A stretch of 49,748 nucleotides of DNA, taken from contig JAZNFI010000068.1 in assembly GCA_045589075.1 (NCBI GenBank), forward strand, positions 1 through 49,748, written 5' to 3'. Under the pieces are notes generated by a model that did not search any database, had not been told where the DNA came from, and saw only the letters and a list, made by a program, of their open reading frames with translations. This DNA is from Candidatus Flemingiibacterium sp. (GTDB taxonomy: Bacteria > Bacillota > Clostridia > Oscillospirales > CAG-272). This document shows positions 1-8,782 of the stretch, piece after piece; within the stretch, counting starts at the first letter, position 1; every line of letters begins with the position of its first letter. Both the position numbers and the translations under genes were made by a program.

Positions 1-117
1 CTGCTGTTGATGTGTGATAAACTTCTTGAGGTTCTTTATCCTTCCGAACCACTTACAGAAGAAGAGGTTTCAAAACGTGTACGGGTAATAAAGGAGAGAA
101 CCGATCAAGAACAATGA
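1..117 (+). CDS. 3' end of an unidentified CDS truncated by the window edge
   Basis: Frame 1 is open from base 1 to TGA at 115-117 (LLLMCDKLLEVLYPSEPLTEEEVSKRVRVIKERTDQEQ) and is followed by a hairpin. Confidence 0.45.
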   Translation: MLLMCDKLLEVLYPSEPLTEEEVSKRVRVIKERTDQEQ

Positions 118-120
118 AAT

Positions 121-167
121 AAAAAAAGGGGCGAATCTTACAGAATCAATCTGTAAAAACTCGCCCC
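121..167. terminator. Stem-loop, probable intrinsic terminator
   Basis: GGGGCGA(128-134)/TCGCCCC(161-167) with inner TTACAGA/TCTGTAA; A7 on the left gives a U-tract on the minus strand. Confidence 0.6.
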
Positions 168-387
168 AATAAGGTTCTTTTAAATTTGTTTTGCAAGACA
201 TAAAGATTTAACAATTGATTACTTCGTTTTTCGTCCTTTTTTTGCTCAAAAAACTCTGAAATTTGTGTCAAAAAGGGGAGGTCGGTAGTTCAAATCCCTC
301 CGATCAGTCGTTTTTCTCAAATGATATCTTTTTATTTTGACTATTTTTTGATTTTTGAAAAAGCGAGAAAACCGGAGAAAAATGAAG

Positions 388-412
388 AAAACCCGAGAAA
401 ATCTCGGGTTTT
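388..412 (-). terminator. Intrinsic terminator of the tRNA transcript
   Basis: AAAACCCGAGA-aaa-TCTCGGGTTTT perfect inverted repeat about 30 nt past the tRNA-fMet 3' end. Confidence 0.7.
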
Positions 413-442
413 TCGTGCGATATCTTTTTTGGTCGCACTAAT

Positions 443-518
443 TGGTTGCGCGGGCAGGACTTGAACCTGCGGCCTCCGGGTTATGAGCCCGACGAGCTAC
501 CAACTGCTCTACCGCGCG
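443..518 (-). tRNA. tRNA-fMet (initiator, anticodon CAT)
   Basis: Minus strand CGCGCGGTAGAGCAGTTGGTAGCTCGTCGGGCTCATAACCCGGAGGCCGCAGGTTCAAGTCCTGCCCGCGCAACCA; 76 nt, C1:A72 mismatch, three G-C pairs in the anticodon stem, encoded CCA. Confidence 0.97.
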
Positions 519-534
519 ATATTTAATTTCGGAT

Positions 535-622
535 TGGTGCCGGAAACCGGGCTCGAACCGGTACGGGATATACTCCCACGGGATTTTAAGTCCCGGGCGT
601 CTGCCAATTCCGCCACTCCGGC
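535..622 (-). tRNA. tRNA-Leu (anticodon TAA)
   Basis: Minus strand GCCGGAGTGGCGGAATTGGCAGACG...GGGACTTAAAATCCC...long variable arm...GGTTCGAGCCC...CCGGCACCA; 88 nt. Confidence 0.97.
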
Positions 623-664
623 ATCCCGTAACCTATTGCTGCCGTCTTCTCCGACCGCTAGTAT

Positions 665-693
665 AGTATACCACAACGGTGCAAATTTGTCAA
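665..693 (-). promoter_or_regulatory. sigmaA promoter of the tRNA pair
   Basis: TTGACA-17 nt-TATACT with TG extension on the minus strand. Confidence 0.85.
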
Positions 694-754
694 TAGCTTT
701 TGAGAAAATTGCAAAAATAAATTTCTCACCGCTCGTTTTTATCAAAATTACATA

Positions 755-783
755 TTGCAATTATAAAAAAGACATGGTATAAT
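755..783 (+). promoter_or_regulatory. sigmaA promoter of the MBOAT operon
   Basis: TTGCAA-17 nt-TATAAT with extended -10 (TGGTATAAT). Confidence 0.75.
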
Positions 784-835
784 ATACTATGTATGAGTAT
801 TTGTTAAAAATTTAGGCTCTACTGACGAGGTCCAT

Positions 836-2242
836 ATGGTATTTTCATCGACCGTATTTCTGTTTATATTTTTACCCGCCGTCTGGCTCCTTCATACACT
901 TTTGCCAAAAAAATTTTTGACCGCAAAAAACCTAATTCTCGCGGTCTTCAGCTTACTGTTCTACGCCTACGGCGAACCGGTATACATTATCATTATGCTG
1001 AGTTCAGTCATGTTTAATTATTCACTGGCTCTTCTCATGACAAAATGCAAACCCAAAACACAGTCAGCAATATATGCCATATGCATATTTGTTGACCTTG
1101 CCGTGCTTGCTTTCTTCAAGTACGTTCCCTGGCTTGTTTCACTTGTTAATTCGGAAATGGGTGCAGCACTTGGCTCAAGAGTAACTATCCCCGTGGGAAT
1201 ATCCTTTTACACATTTCAGATACTGTCTTACATTGTTGACGTCCGTCGCGGTAAAACAGAGGTGCAGACGAACTTCGCCGACCTTCTTCTCTATATTTCT
1301 TTCTTCCCACAGCTTATCGCAGGTCCTATCGTAAAATACGGCGATATAAAGGAACAGATAGCAGACCGTACCGTTACTGTAAATGGTACCGCCATTGGCA
1401 TCAGAAGGTTTATCTACGGTCTTTCAAAAAAATTACTTATTTCCAACACTGCCGCAATAATAGTGAGTTCTGCTTTTGGGACTGATTCACCTTCGTGGCT
1501 TCTCGCGTGGTCAGGTGCCGTAGCTTATTGCATCCAGCTATACTTTGACTTTTCCGGCTACTCTGACATGGCAATCGGTCTTGCCCATATGTTCGGCTTC
1601 TCCCTTCTCGAAAACTTCAACTACCCCTACTGTGCCCCTACTATTCGCGATTTCTGGAAGCGTTGGCACATATCGCTTACCTCTTGGTTCAGAGAATATG
1701 TATACATATCTCTTGGCGGAAACCGCAAGGGAAAGGTTCGCACAGCCCTCAATCGTATCGCTGTTTTCTTTCTTACCGGTCTTTGGCACGGCGCGGATTT
1801 CACTTACATCGTATGGGGTATGTGGCATGGTTTACTTATGATGTTCGAGCAAGTCACAAATCTTGAAAAGTGGGCAAAAAAACCGTTTTTAAAGCCGTTT
1901 TTTCACTTATATACCCTTCTTGCAGTATGCCTGGGCTTCGTAGTATTCAATTCGCCGGGGATTGTCTTCGCAATAAGGTATATCTCGAATATGTTTACCT
2001 TTAGCACAAACATTTCCGACGCTCTTGCACAGTTTTCGCCGTACACCTGTATGATGCTGATATTGGGAGCGATATTTTCACTCCCGATTGTGCCAAAGCT
2101 TAAAAGCTTGCTTTCACGCAGCACCTTAACTGCCCGTATGGGTGATGTAGCAGGGTATGTTTTTACCATCCCTCTTTTGGCACTCTGCATTATGACATTG
2201 GCATCCACCACGTTTAATCCGTTTATCTACTACATATTCTGA
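836..2242 (+). CDS. MBOAT family O-acyltransferase (AlgI/PatA/DltB-like)
   Basis: PVGISFYTFQ, FFPQLIAGPI, YFDFSGYSDMA, ENFNYPY, FWKRWHISL, GLWHGA motifs; C-terminal FIYYIF; SD GAGG. Confidence 0.93.
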   Translation: MVFSSTVFLFIFLPAVWLLHTLLPKKFLTAKNLILAVFSLLFYAYGEPVYIIIMLSSVMFNYSLALLMTKCKPKTQSAIYAICIFVDLAVLAFFKYVPWLVSLVNSEMGAALGSRVTIPVGISFYTFQILSYIVDVRRGKTEVQTNFADLLLYISFFPQLIAGPIVKYGDIKEQIADRTVTVNGTAIGIRRFIYGLSKKLLISNTAAIIVSSAFGTDSPSWLLAWSGAVAYCIQLYFDFSGYSDMAIGLAHMFGFSLLENFNYPYCAPTIRDFWKRWHISLTSWFREYVYISLGGNRKGKVRTALNRIAVFFLTGLWHGADFTYIVWGMWHGLLMMFEQVTNLEKWAKKPFLKPFFHLYTLLAVCLGFVVFNSPGIVFAIRYISNMFTFSTNISDALAQFSPYTCMMLILGAIFSLPIVPKLKSLLSRSTLTARMGDVAGYVFTIPLLALCIMTLASTTFNPFIYYIF

Positions 2243-2302
2243 AAAGAAGGAACCCTTTTGCCGATAATATAAAATATCACGGTAAAAGTCACGGTCACAG
2301 CA

Positions 2303-3379
2303 ATGAAAAAAACACTTCTGATCCTATATTGCGCCCTATTTATAGGTGTCTGCACGTTCTTTTCTCTCGGAACGCTTATCCCCGGTGCTTCCGACGCCGC
2401 CGAGGGTGACGCGGTAATGCCGGAATTTTTCACTTCACCGCCTAACATTACTATTAATTCGGATTTCGGCGACCAGTTTGAAAAATATTTCCAAAAGAAA
2501 TTCGCATACAGAAACAAGGTTGTAGATTCCTTTGCATTTCTCAAGACCTCGGTATTCTCCGAAGGAAATGAACAGGTTATAGTTGGAAAAGACGATTTTT
2601 TATTCTTTGACGATACGCTTGACAACTACATGGGTACAAATAGGATGACCGACGCGGAAATTGAAGCCGCCGCCGATGCATTATGTTCTATGAACGAGAT
2701 CTCAACCGAACATGGGGCTAAATTCATTTTTGTCTGTGCACCCAATAAAAACAGCATTTACCCTGAAATGATGCCCTCACGCTATAAAATGAATAACAAC
2801 GATCGAGACCTTGACCGTCTCTACGACATGCTTGATGTCCTTGGGGTATCCTACGTTGATTTACGTCCCATATTCATGGCTGAAAAGGAAAATACCCTTT
2901 TGTACCACAAGCGCGATACGCATTGGAACACAGATGGAGCAAGAATCGCATATGAGACAATTTCAGACGCTCTCGGAGTCTCATACCCGGATTTTTCAAT
3001 GTTTGACCCCACCGCAGTTAACGACCATGTAGGGGATCTTGATACACTTCTGTTTCCATCCCGAAAGATGTACGATGACAATACTGTATACGACCTCACA
3101 GGTTCGTACATATTCACCACAGCCTATTCGACGCCTATGGATCTCCGTATAGCCACCAGAGGCTCAGGGGAGAATAAACTGTTATTCTTCAGAGACTCCT
3201 TCGCAAACGCTATGATTCCTTTCGCGGCGGCAAGCTTCTCGGAGGTGCGCTTTGAGCGGGCATCTCCTTACTGTGAAAACATAGATCTTCTTGACAGCTT
3301 TGAGGCTGACTATGTAATCGTTCTCATAGCAGAACGTAATCTGCGTAATCTTATAAAAAACAGCGAAAATAACACATGA
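2303..3379 (+). CDS. AlgJ/AlgX/DHHW-like SGNH-type O-acyltransferase, membrane anchored
   Basis: N-terminal hydrophobic helix; PNKNSIYPE, RDTHWN (DxH) and RDSF motifs; directly after the MBOAT gene. Confidence 0.85.
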   Translation: MKKTLLILYCALFIGVCTFFSLGTLIPGASDAAEGDAVMPEFFTSPPNITINSDFGDQFEKYFQKKFAYRNKVVDSFAFLKTSVFSEGNEQVIVGKDDFLFFDDTLDNYMGTNRMTDAEIEAAADALCSMNEISTEHGAKFIFVCAPNKNSIYPEMMPSRYKMNNNDRDLDRLYDMLDVLGVSYVDLRPIFMAEKENTLLYHKRDTHWNTDGARIAYETISDALGVSYPDFSMFDPTAVNDHVGDLDTLLFPSRKMYDDNTVYDLTGSYIFTTAYSTPMDLRIATRGSGENKLLFFRDSFANAMIPFAAASFSEVRFERASPYCENIDLLDSFEADYVIVLIAERNLRNLIKNSENNT

Positions 3380-3397
3380 TAGAGGAGTTGTATCAAA

Positions 3398-4543
3398 GTG
3401 AAAAAAATATTGCGGCCCAGCATCGTTGTTTGTGCTGCTTTCATTTTAAATATACCTTTATCTCTTTTTTCCTGCGCCGTTTCCAGTGAAGCTAAAACAC
3501 ACATTTACGAGAGCTTTGATGTGAAATCATATCTCGGCGTGGAGTTTCCGGAGGAAGCATTCCATTTTGGTGAACTCGGCACTACTCTGCCTACAGTTTC
3601 AAGTTTGCTTCCGAATTGTCCCGACCTTGATACAACCTTTCCGATGACAGTATACGATGGTCTGGATATTTACAAAACAAAAACCTCACAGTATCCCTAC
3701 AATACCCTTTCGGACGGAACAAAGGTGCTTTTGGAGGAACCGGAAAGCGCAAGCGAATGGGCAACGGTGTACAATACCGACGGCGTGCTCCTCGGATATA
3801 CCAAGGAGGGATTTCTTCATGCCCTTAGCGATGGCGTCAAGGTATACGCGGAGCTCCCCATTGAACGCGGTGTTGCCCGGACCAATACAGGTGAAATGAT
3901 AGAGGCGTACTCTCACCTTGTGGACGTGCGCAAGTATTTTCGCGCTTATGAATCAAAAGACCCTTCTAACGAGGGTGTGGACCTTTCCGGCTATGACATA
4001 AAAATATCCATGAAGCTTTCCACAAGCGATACCTCTATTGGAGAACCCTTCTACGACAGCAACCTTTGTCTGCTCCAATATGATACCGTTCAGAAACTCA
4101 TGCGAGCCGTGGAAATATTCGCCAAAGACGGCTACAAGATTGTCATCTATGACGCTTACCGTCCAACCTCAGTGCAGCAACGTTGGTTTGACGTGGTGCG
4201 TGTACACAAATGGGTAGCTAATCCAAGCGTCGGCATGGGTGGAATCCATGATCGCGGCACAGCAATAGATATGTCGCTTATCGACTCTGAGGGTAAGGAG
4301 ATAGAGATGCCCACACCCATGCATACCTTTACGGACGCTTCGGCGAGAAACAGTGCGGCGATGTCAGATACGGCAAGAGCTAATATGGAATATATGACAA
4401 ACGTGATGGTATCGGTGGGATTCACCTATATCAACTCGGAGTGGTGGCATTTCCAATGTGTAAACACAAAGAATTATCTGCCCACCGACCACCCAATTGA
4501 CGAAATTCCGCTCGTTCCCTCCGCCGACGAGCTTGATGCTTGA
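3398..4543 (+). CDS. Peptidase M15D (VanX/DdpX-like D-Ala-D-Ala dipeptidase) lipoprotein with probable SH3b-like N-domain
   Basis: YDAYRP, HDRGTAID and EWWHF zinc-peptidase motifs; lipobox-like LFSC; GTG start with SD AGGAG. Confidence 0.85.
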   Translation: MKKILRPSIVVCAAFILNIPLSLFSCAVSSEAKTHIYESFDVKSYLGVEFPEEAFHFGELGTTLPTVSSLLPNCPDLDTTFPMTVYDGLDIYKTKTSQYPYNTLSDGTKVLLEEPESASEWATVYNTDGVLLGYTKEGFLHALSDGVKVYAELPIERGVARTNTGEMIEAYSHLVDVRKYFRAYESKDPSNEGVDLSGYDIKISMKLSTSDTSIGEPFYDSNLCLLQYDTVQKLMRAVEIFAKDGYKIVIYDAYRPTSVQQRWFDVVRVHKWVANPSVGMGGIHDRGTAIDMSLIDSEGKEIEMPTPMHTFTDASARNSAAMSDTARANMEYMTNVMVSVGFTYINSEWWHFQCVNTKNYLPTDHPIDEIPLVPSADELDA

Positions 4544-4553
4544 GGGGGTACAG

Positions 4554-6692
4554 ATGAACGAGCTTATTAAAAACGGAGCCGTAGTTCTGGCGACACAACA
4601 AGGCAGGGAGAAAACCATATTGTTCCCTGTTCCGACTTTGCCACCCGAAAAAGAGACGCCTGCGGCAATACAATCCATCAGTTTACTCCTCACTGAAGCA
4701 GGGGAGTCTGTGTTGAGACTTGCCATAAAACGCAATCTCTCAATGCCCATAAAAAGCTTCACATTCAGATTCCGTTTTTCTCCGCTTCCTGTATATCTTC
4801 CGGATTCTGAACATGGCTTCACCGACTACAAATACACAGAAGACGACCTTAATACAACCTCACTCATCACGTTTAATGCAGCACTGCCTGAAAAGCTCTC
4901 TCTTGAGGGTTGCAGTGCCTACATATCCGAGGTCATGCTTGAAAGCGGTCAGATAATTAGGTACGATGCTGCGGAATACAGATTTGTCCGCAGACCGAAG
5001 GAACCGGGCACAACGCAAAACAGAACTCGGCAGGCTATTGTCCGTCAATCCGGCGGCGTTCAGACTGAACTGCCAACAGAAGTTAATAAACAAACGCCCC
5101 CTAAAGAAAGAACTCCTCTATCCGACAAAGAGAACCGCACCCGACTCATGGTGATTCTCGGCGCGCTTGTTTTTGTTCTCATAGTCGAGGTAATAGGCGG
5201 TACTTGCCTTTACCGTTACCTCGGAGTTAAAAACTCAACAGACGCCCTTATTAAGGAAGCACGGTATAATGAGGCTTACAAAATTGCCATGGACTCAGAT
5301 TTCGACAGTCTGCTTCAACGCGTATGTGAAAAAGCATCGGCATACTATTTGGAAAAGGGCGACTTTGAATCAGCCTACATTTATTCCTACGGTGCCCCGA
5401 AAAGATTTACTGATACTGTAATCGAGTATGCAGCAGGAAGCGTTGTAAGCATGATAACCGGAGACATAAACGAAAACGCCTTCAGAGTGGCAAAAATGTC
5501 CGAGAATGATCATGTATTTGATGTGATAATTCATTCCATGATTGATATTCTTGAAAGCCGCGGAAACTTCACAAATGCGCTTCTGATCTCGAGCGAGATA
5601 CGCAACGGTCAGGACAGAGACAGTTCAGAACGCAAAATCTTTAACGATGCCATAGAATATTATTCAAAGAACCATAACTACAGCGAGGCATATTCATTCT
5701 TACACGGGCTTGACAGAATTTCTACCTTCAGCATGACGGAGGAGGAAAGTCTTGAGCTTGCCTTGAATCGCTTCTTTGAGCTTGGCGACTATGCCGGAAT
5801 ACTATACCTCGCACAGCATTATCCAAATATAGATACATCCGGTATTTCAGATATGAAGGTAGTGCCCGAAGACGGTGGCATAAAAGCACAGCTTGCAATA
5901 GTGTATCCCGTTCTCACAGAGGAGCAAAAACGCACCTATCACGCAAGAACAATGGCTATATGGAATGACGAGCCGCTTGAAATTTCGGACGGAAATCTGA
6001 AGGTCGGCAACCAAAAACTAACTAAAGTTGTATCAGTAGATACAAACGAAAACACCACCATAGCACTCCACGAAAACGGACACGTAACAGTTCTATCAAA
6101 TTTTAAACGGAATTCTCGAATCAGAATTCCCGAGGTAAGCGGAATAGTGGATGTGTGCCTCGGCGGCGAGCACGCTGTACTTCTTCAAGCTGACGGAACT
6201 GTCCGTGCCTACGGTGACAATACATACGGACAGTTAAATGTGTCGGGGTGGTCGGACATTGCCGCTATCGCCGCAGGACAGCATTTCACGCTTGGACTGA
6301 AGACCGACGGTACACTTGTCAGCACGGGAGATAACAGGTCATTTCAATGCAACGTCGAGGGCTACAACAATGTAGTTGACATTGCTGCCTGCAATCAGAC
6401 CTCTGTGCTTCTGTTCTCCGACGGCACTGTCAAATTAATCGGTTATCATTCAATGGGGCTTTCGGAGGTAGAAAACCTTACGGGTGTAACACGCATACGC
6501 GCGGCAGGAGCAGCTGTGCTATGCGAGCTTGGCAGCGATAAATACCTGCTGTTTTCCGGAAGTCCTTACGGTGACAACGGAAACCCATACAATTGGAGAA
6601 ACATGAACACTTTTGATGTTGGAATAATGTGTATAGTCGGCAGAGATACATCCGGTGCGCTTTTCCGTGACGGAGACGGATTTATAAGCTGA
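4554..6692 (+). CDS. Bitopic membrane protein with helical region and C-terminal RCC1/BLIP-II-like repeats
   Basis: TM LMVILGALVFVLIVEVIGG; repeats GGEHAVLLQADGTVRAYGDNTYGQ and AGQHFTLGLKTDGTLVSTGDNRSFQ; start moved to ATG 4554 after SD GAGGGGG. Confidence 0.75.
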   Translation: MNELIKNGAVVLATQQGREKTILFPVPTLPPEKETPAAIQSISLLLTEAGESVLRLAIKRNLSMPIKSFTFRFRFSPLPVYLPDSEHGFTDYKYTEDDLNTTSLITFNAALPEKLSLEGCSAYISEVMLESGQIIRYDAAEYRFVRRPKEPGTTQNRTRQAIVRQSGGVQTELPTEVNKQTPPKERTPLSDKENRTRLMVILGALVFVLIVEVIGGTCLYRYLGVKNSTDALIKEARYNEAYKIAMDSDFDSLLQRVCEKASAYYLEKGDFESAYIYSYGAPKRFTDTVIEYAAGSVVSMITGDINENAFRVAKMSENDHVFDVIIHSMIDILESRGNFTNALLISSEIRNGQDRDSSERKIFNDAIEYYSKNHNYSEAYSFLHGLDRISTFSMTEEESLELALNRFFELGDYAGILYLAQHYPNIDTSGISDMKVVPEDGGIKAQLAIVYPVLTEEQKRTYHARTMAIWNDEPLEISDGNLKVGNQKLTKVVSVDTNENTTIALHENGHVTVLSNFKRNSRIRIPEVSGIVDVCLGGEHAVLLQADGTVRAYGDNTYGQLNVSGWSDIAAIAAGQHFTLGLKTDGTLVSTGDNRSFQCNVEGYNNVVDIAACNQTSVLLFSDGTVKLIGYHSMGLSEVENLTGVTRIRAAGAAVLCELGSDKYLLFSGSPYGDNGNPYNWRNMNTFDVGIMCIVGRDTSGALFRDGDGFIS

Positions 6693-6707
6693 TAAGGTAA
6701 TTTATTT

Positions 6708-8759
6708 ATGGATAATAGTGTAAACGAAAAAATTGAAACTAATAACACATCACACCATAAACGTGTTTATCTCTTGGTTGGGATACCCCTTGCCGTTCTG
6801 TTGGCGGTTATAGTTGGGCTGATACTGTACTGTGTGTTTCCTCACACATGTGAGGTTGGTGGTGACGTACAACTGCGAACGGAAGCCGTACCTTTTTCTT
6901 ACATTTGTGAAACCGTGACCGAACTTAACAGCATCGACACAAGTAAGCTTGGAAATCAGAGTATCAAACTGAAGTTTTTCGGTTTTCTCAAGCTTCCGTC
7001 CTCTCTTGAGGTTAAGGACACAACAAGTCCGACTTTGGCTTTGCGAAATCTCATAGTGCCGAAAAACCTTTCCCCTTTCCCCGAGGATTTTGTTCTGAAA
7101 GCAGATGATCTGACTGCAATGACCTTCGCTTTTACAACAACGCCCGACACCTCGTCAAACGGTACTGTTACGGTATCCGCTTGCGATGAAGGCGGAAACA
7201 CTGCAACCTCAAAGGCAAGTTTTACGCTAACCGATGACATCGGAATCTTTGACATCGAGCTGGGGACAACCAAAGACGATGTTCTGATGCTGCTGGAAAA
7301 CACACTTAACACCGAAATCAGCAGCCTTGCCTATAACAAGCATACCAGCGGTACTACCCACGCGATCGCAGAGACAGCCGATGGCTTTCAGCTAATAGCA
7401 CTCAACTTCACCGATACAAAAGCACCTGATTTTACAGTTGTTTCTCACGATATACTGTTCGGTCAAACCTTGTCAATCGGAGATTTTGTAACCGAAGTAA
7501 CCGATGCGTCCGAATACACGGCAGAATACATAACCAGGCCCAATTTTGAGAAAACAGGACATCAGGATATTGAAATAAGACTTAAGGACGAACACGGAAA
7601 CGAGGCTGTGGCAAAAGCAGGTCTTAATATTCATAAGCTTGACAAAACAATTGTGATTGAGGCAGGCACAACCGCAAAATCTCTCGGTGACATAATAACT
7701 AATCTTCTCGGCACAGATGATCCTATGCCGCGAATCACCGAGAGTTTTGAACCCGAGCACTTGACTCTCGGTACGCACGAGACAGAGCTTATCGGCGAAT
7801 ATTCCGTAATTCCAATAAACATAATTATCGAAGACACCACTCCGCCCAAAATCACCCTCTGCCGTCTCACAGTATTTGCCGGAAGCACACTGAATGTGAC
7901 GGACTTTATAACAAGCTGTGAAGATGAATCAAGTGTTCAATTCCGGTTCAAGGATGAATTGTCCACCGATAAGGCAGGAAACTTCCTTGTTACGGTGGTT
8001 GCCACGGACTCGGCTGGAAATTCAGCAGAATGCAGCACCGTATTAAAGGTAACAAGAGATGATGTGCCGCCCACAATCTACGGCGTTTGCGATATAACTG
8101 CATTCGAAGGTGACACTATTTCATACAAAAGCGGAGTATATGCCATTGACGATAAGGACGGAAAGGTTAGCGTAAAGGTGGATTCCTCCAGTGTAAATAC
8201 CTCTGTGCCGGGAACCTACTTTATCACATATTCGGCGTCTGACAGTGACAAAAACACATCAACTGCCACAGCAACTCTCACGATAAACCCCATTACTATA
8301 GGTGTGTCATATACTCTTGCAGATGAAATACTATCTGAAATAACAACGGAGGATATGTCAGATACAGAAAAGGCGCGTGCCGTTTACGACTGGTGCCGTG
8401 CAAATATTAAGTATTCTACTCTCACAAGCCGCCTAATGGGGTACTATGCTAAGGCAGCGTATTCCGGTTTTACAAAACACTATGGTAATTGTTACACCTA
8501 TTACGCAGTTGCAAGTGTACTTCTCACAAGAGCAGGGATTACAAATATACAAATACAGCGAAACAGCACATCAAACCCTCACTATTGGAATCTTGTAAAA
8601 ATAGGCGACTCGTGGTATCATTTTGACACCTGCCCTCAGCCGCCCCCTCACAATCTGGAGGTATTTCTGCTTACCGACAGCGAAGTACGGGAATTTTCAA
8701 AAAATAAAGTTGCGGATTATTACAATTTTGACGGGAATAACTATCCCGCAACGCCGTAA
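6708..8759 (+). CDS. Membrane-anchored Ig-like-repeat protein with C-terminal transglutaminase-like (Cys-His-Asp) domain
   Basis: N-terminal TM; recurring DTTSP/DTKAP/DTTPP/DDVPP repeat starts; GNCYTY, HYWNLV and WYHFD motifs. Confidence 0.8.
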   Translation: MDNSVNEKIETNNTSHHKRVYLLVGIPLAVLLAVIVGLILYCVFPHTCEVGGDVQLRTEAVPFSYICETVTELNSIDTSKLGNQSIKLKFFGFLKLPSSLEVKDTTSPTLALRNLIVPKNLSPFPEDFVLKADDLTAMTFAFTTTPDTSSNGTVTVSACDEGGNTATSKASFTLTDDIGIFDIELGTTKDDVLMLLENTLNTEISSLAYNKHTSGTTHAIAETADGFQLIALNFTDTKAPDFTVVSHDILFGQTLSIGDFVTEVTDASEYTAEYITRPNFEKTGHQDIEIRLKDEHGNEAVAKAGLNIHKLDKTIVIEAGTTAKSLGDIITNLLGTDDPMPRITESFEPEHLTLGTHETELIGEYSVIPINIIIEDTTPPKITLCRLTVFAGSTLNVTDFITSCEDESSVQFRFKDELSTDKAGNFLVTVVATDSAGNSAECSTVLKVTRDDVPPTIYGVCDITAFEGDTISYKSGVYAIDDKDGKVSVKVDSSSVNTSVPGTYFITYSASDSDKNTSTATATLTINPITIGVSYTLADEILSEITTEDMSDTEKARAVYDWCRANIKYSTLTSRLMGYYAKAAYSGFTKHYGNCYTYYAVASVLLTRAGITNIQIQRNSTSNPHYWNLVKIGDSWYHFDTCPQPPPHNLEVFLLTDSEVREFSKNKVADYYNFDGNNYPATP

Positions 8760-8782
8760 TCGAAAAGAAAGGAAACCGAAAA

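Noticed and set aside
483-782. ORFs 483..782 (+) and 509..760 (-)
   Set aside because: They overlap two clear tRNA genes and divergent promoters; spurious.
836-3379. dlt operon
   Set aside because: No DltA ligase or DltC carrier; the motifs fit an AlgI/AlgJ-type pair better.
3398-4543. Vancomycin resistance cluster
   Set aside because: No D-Ala-D-Lac ligase, VanH or VanRS in the window.
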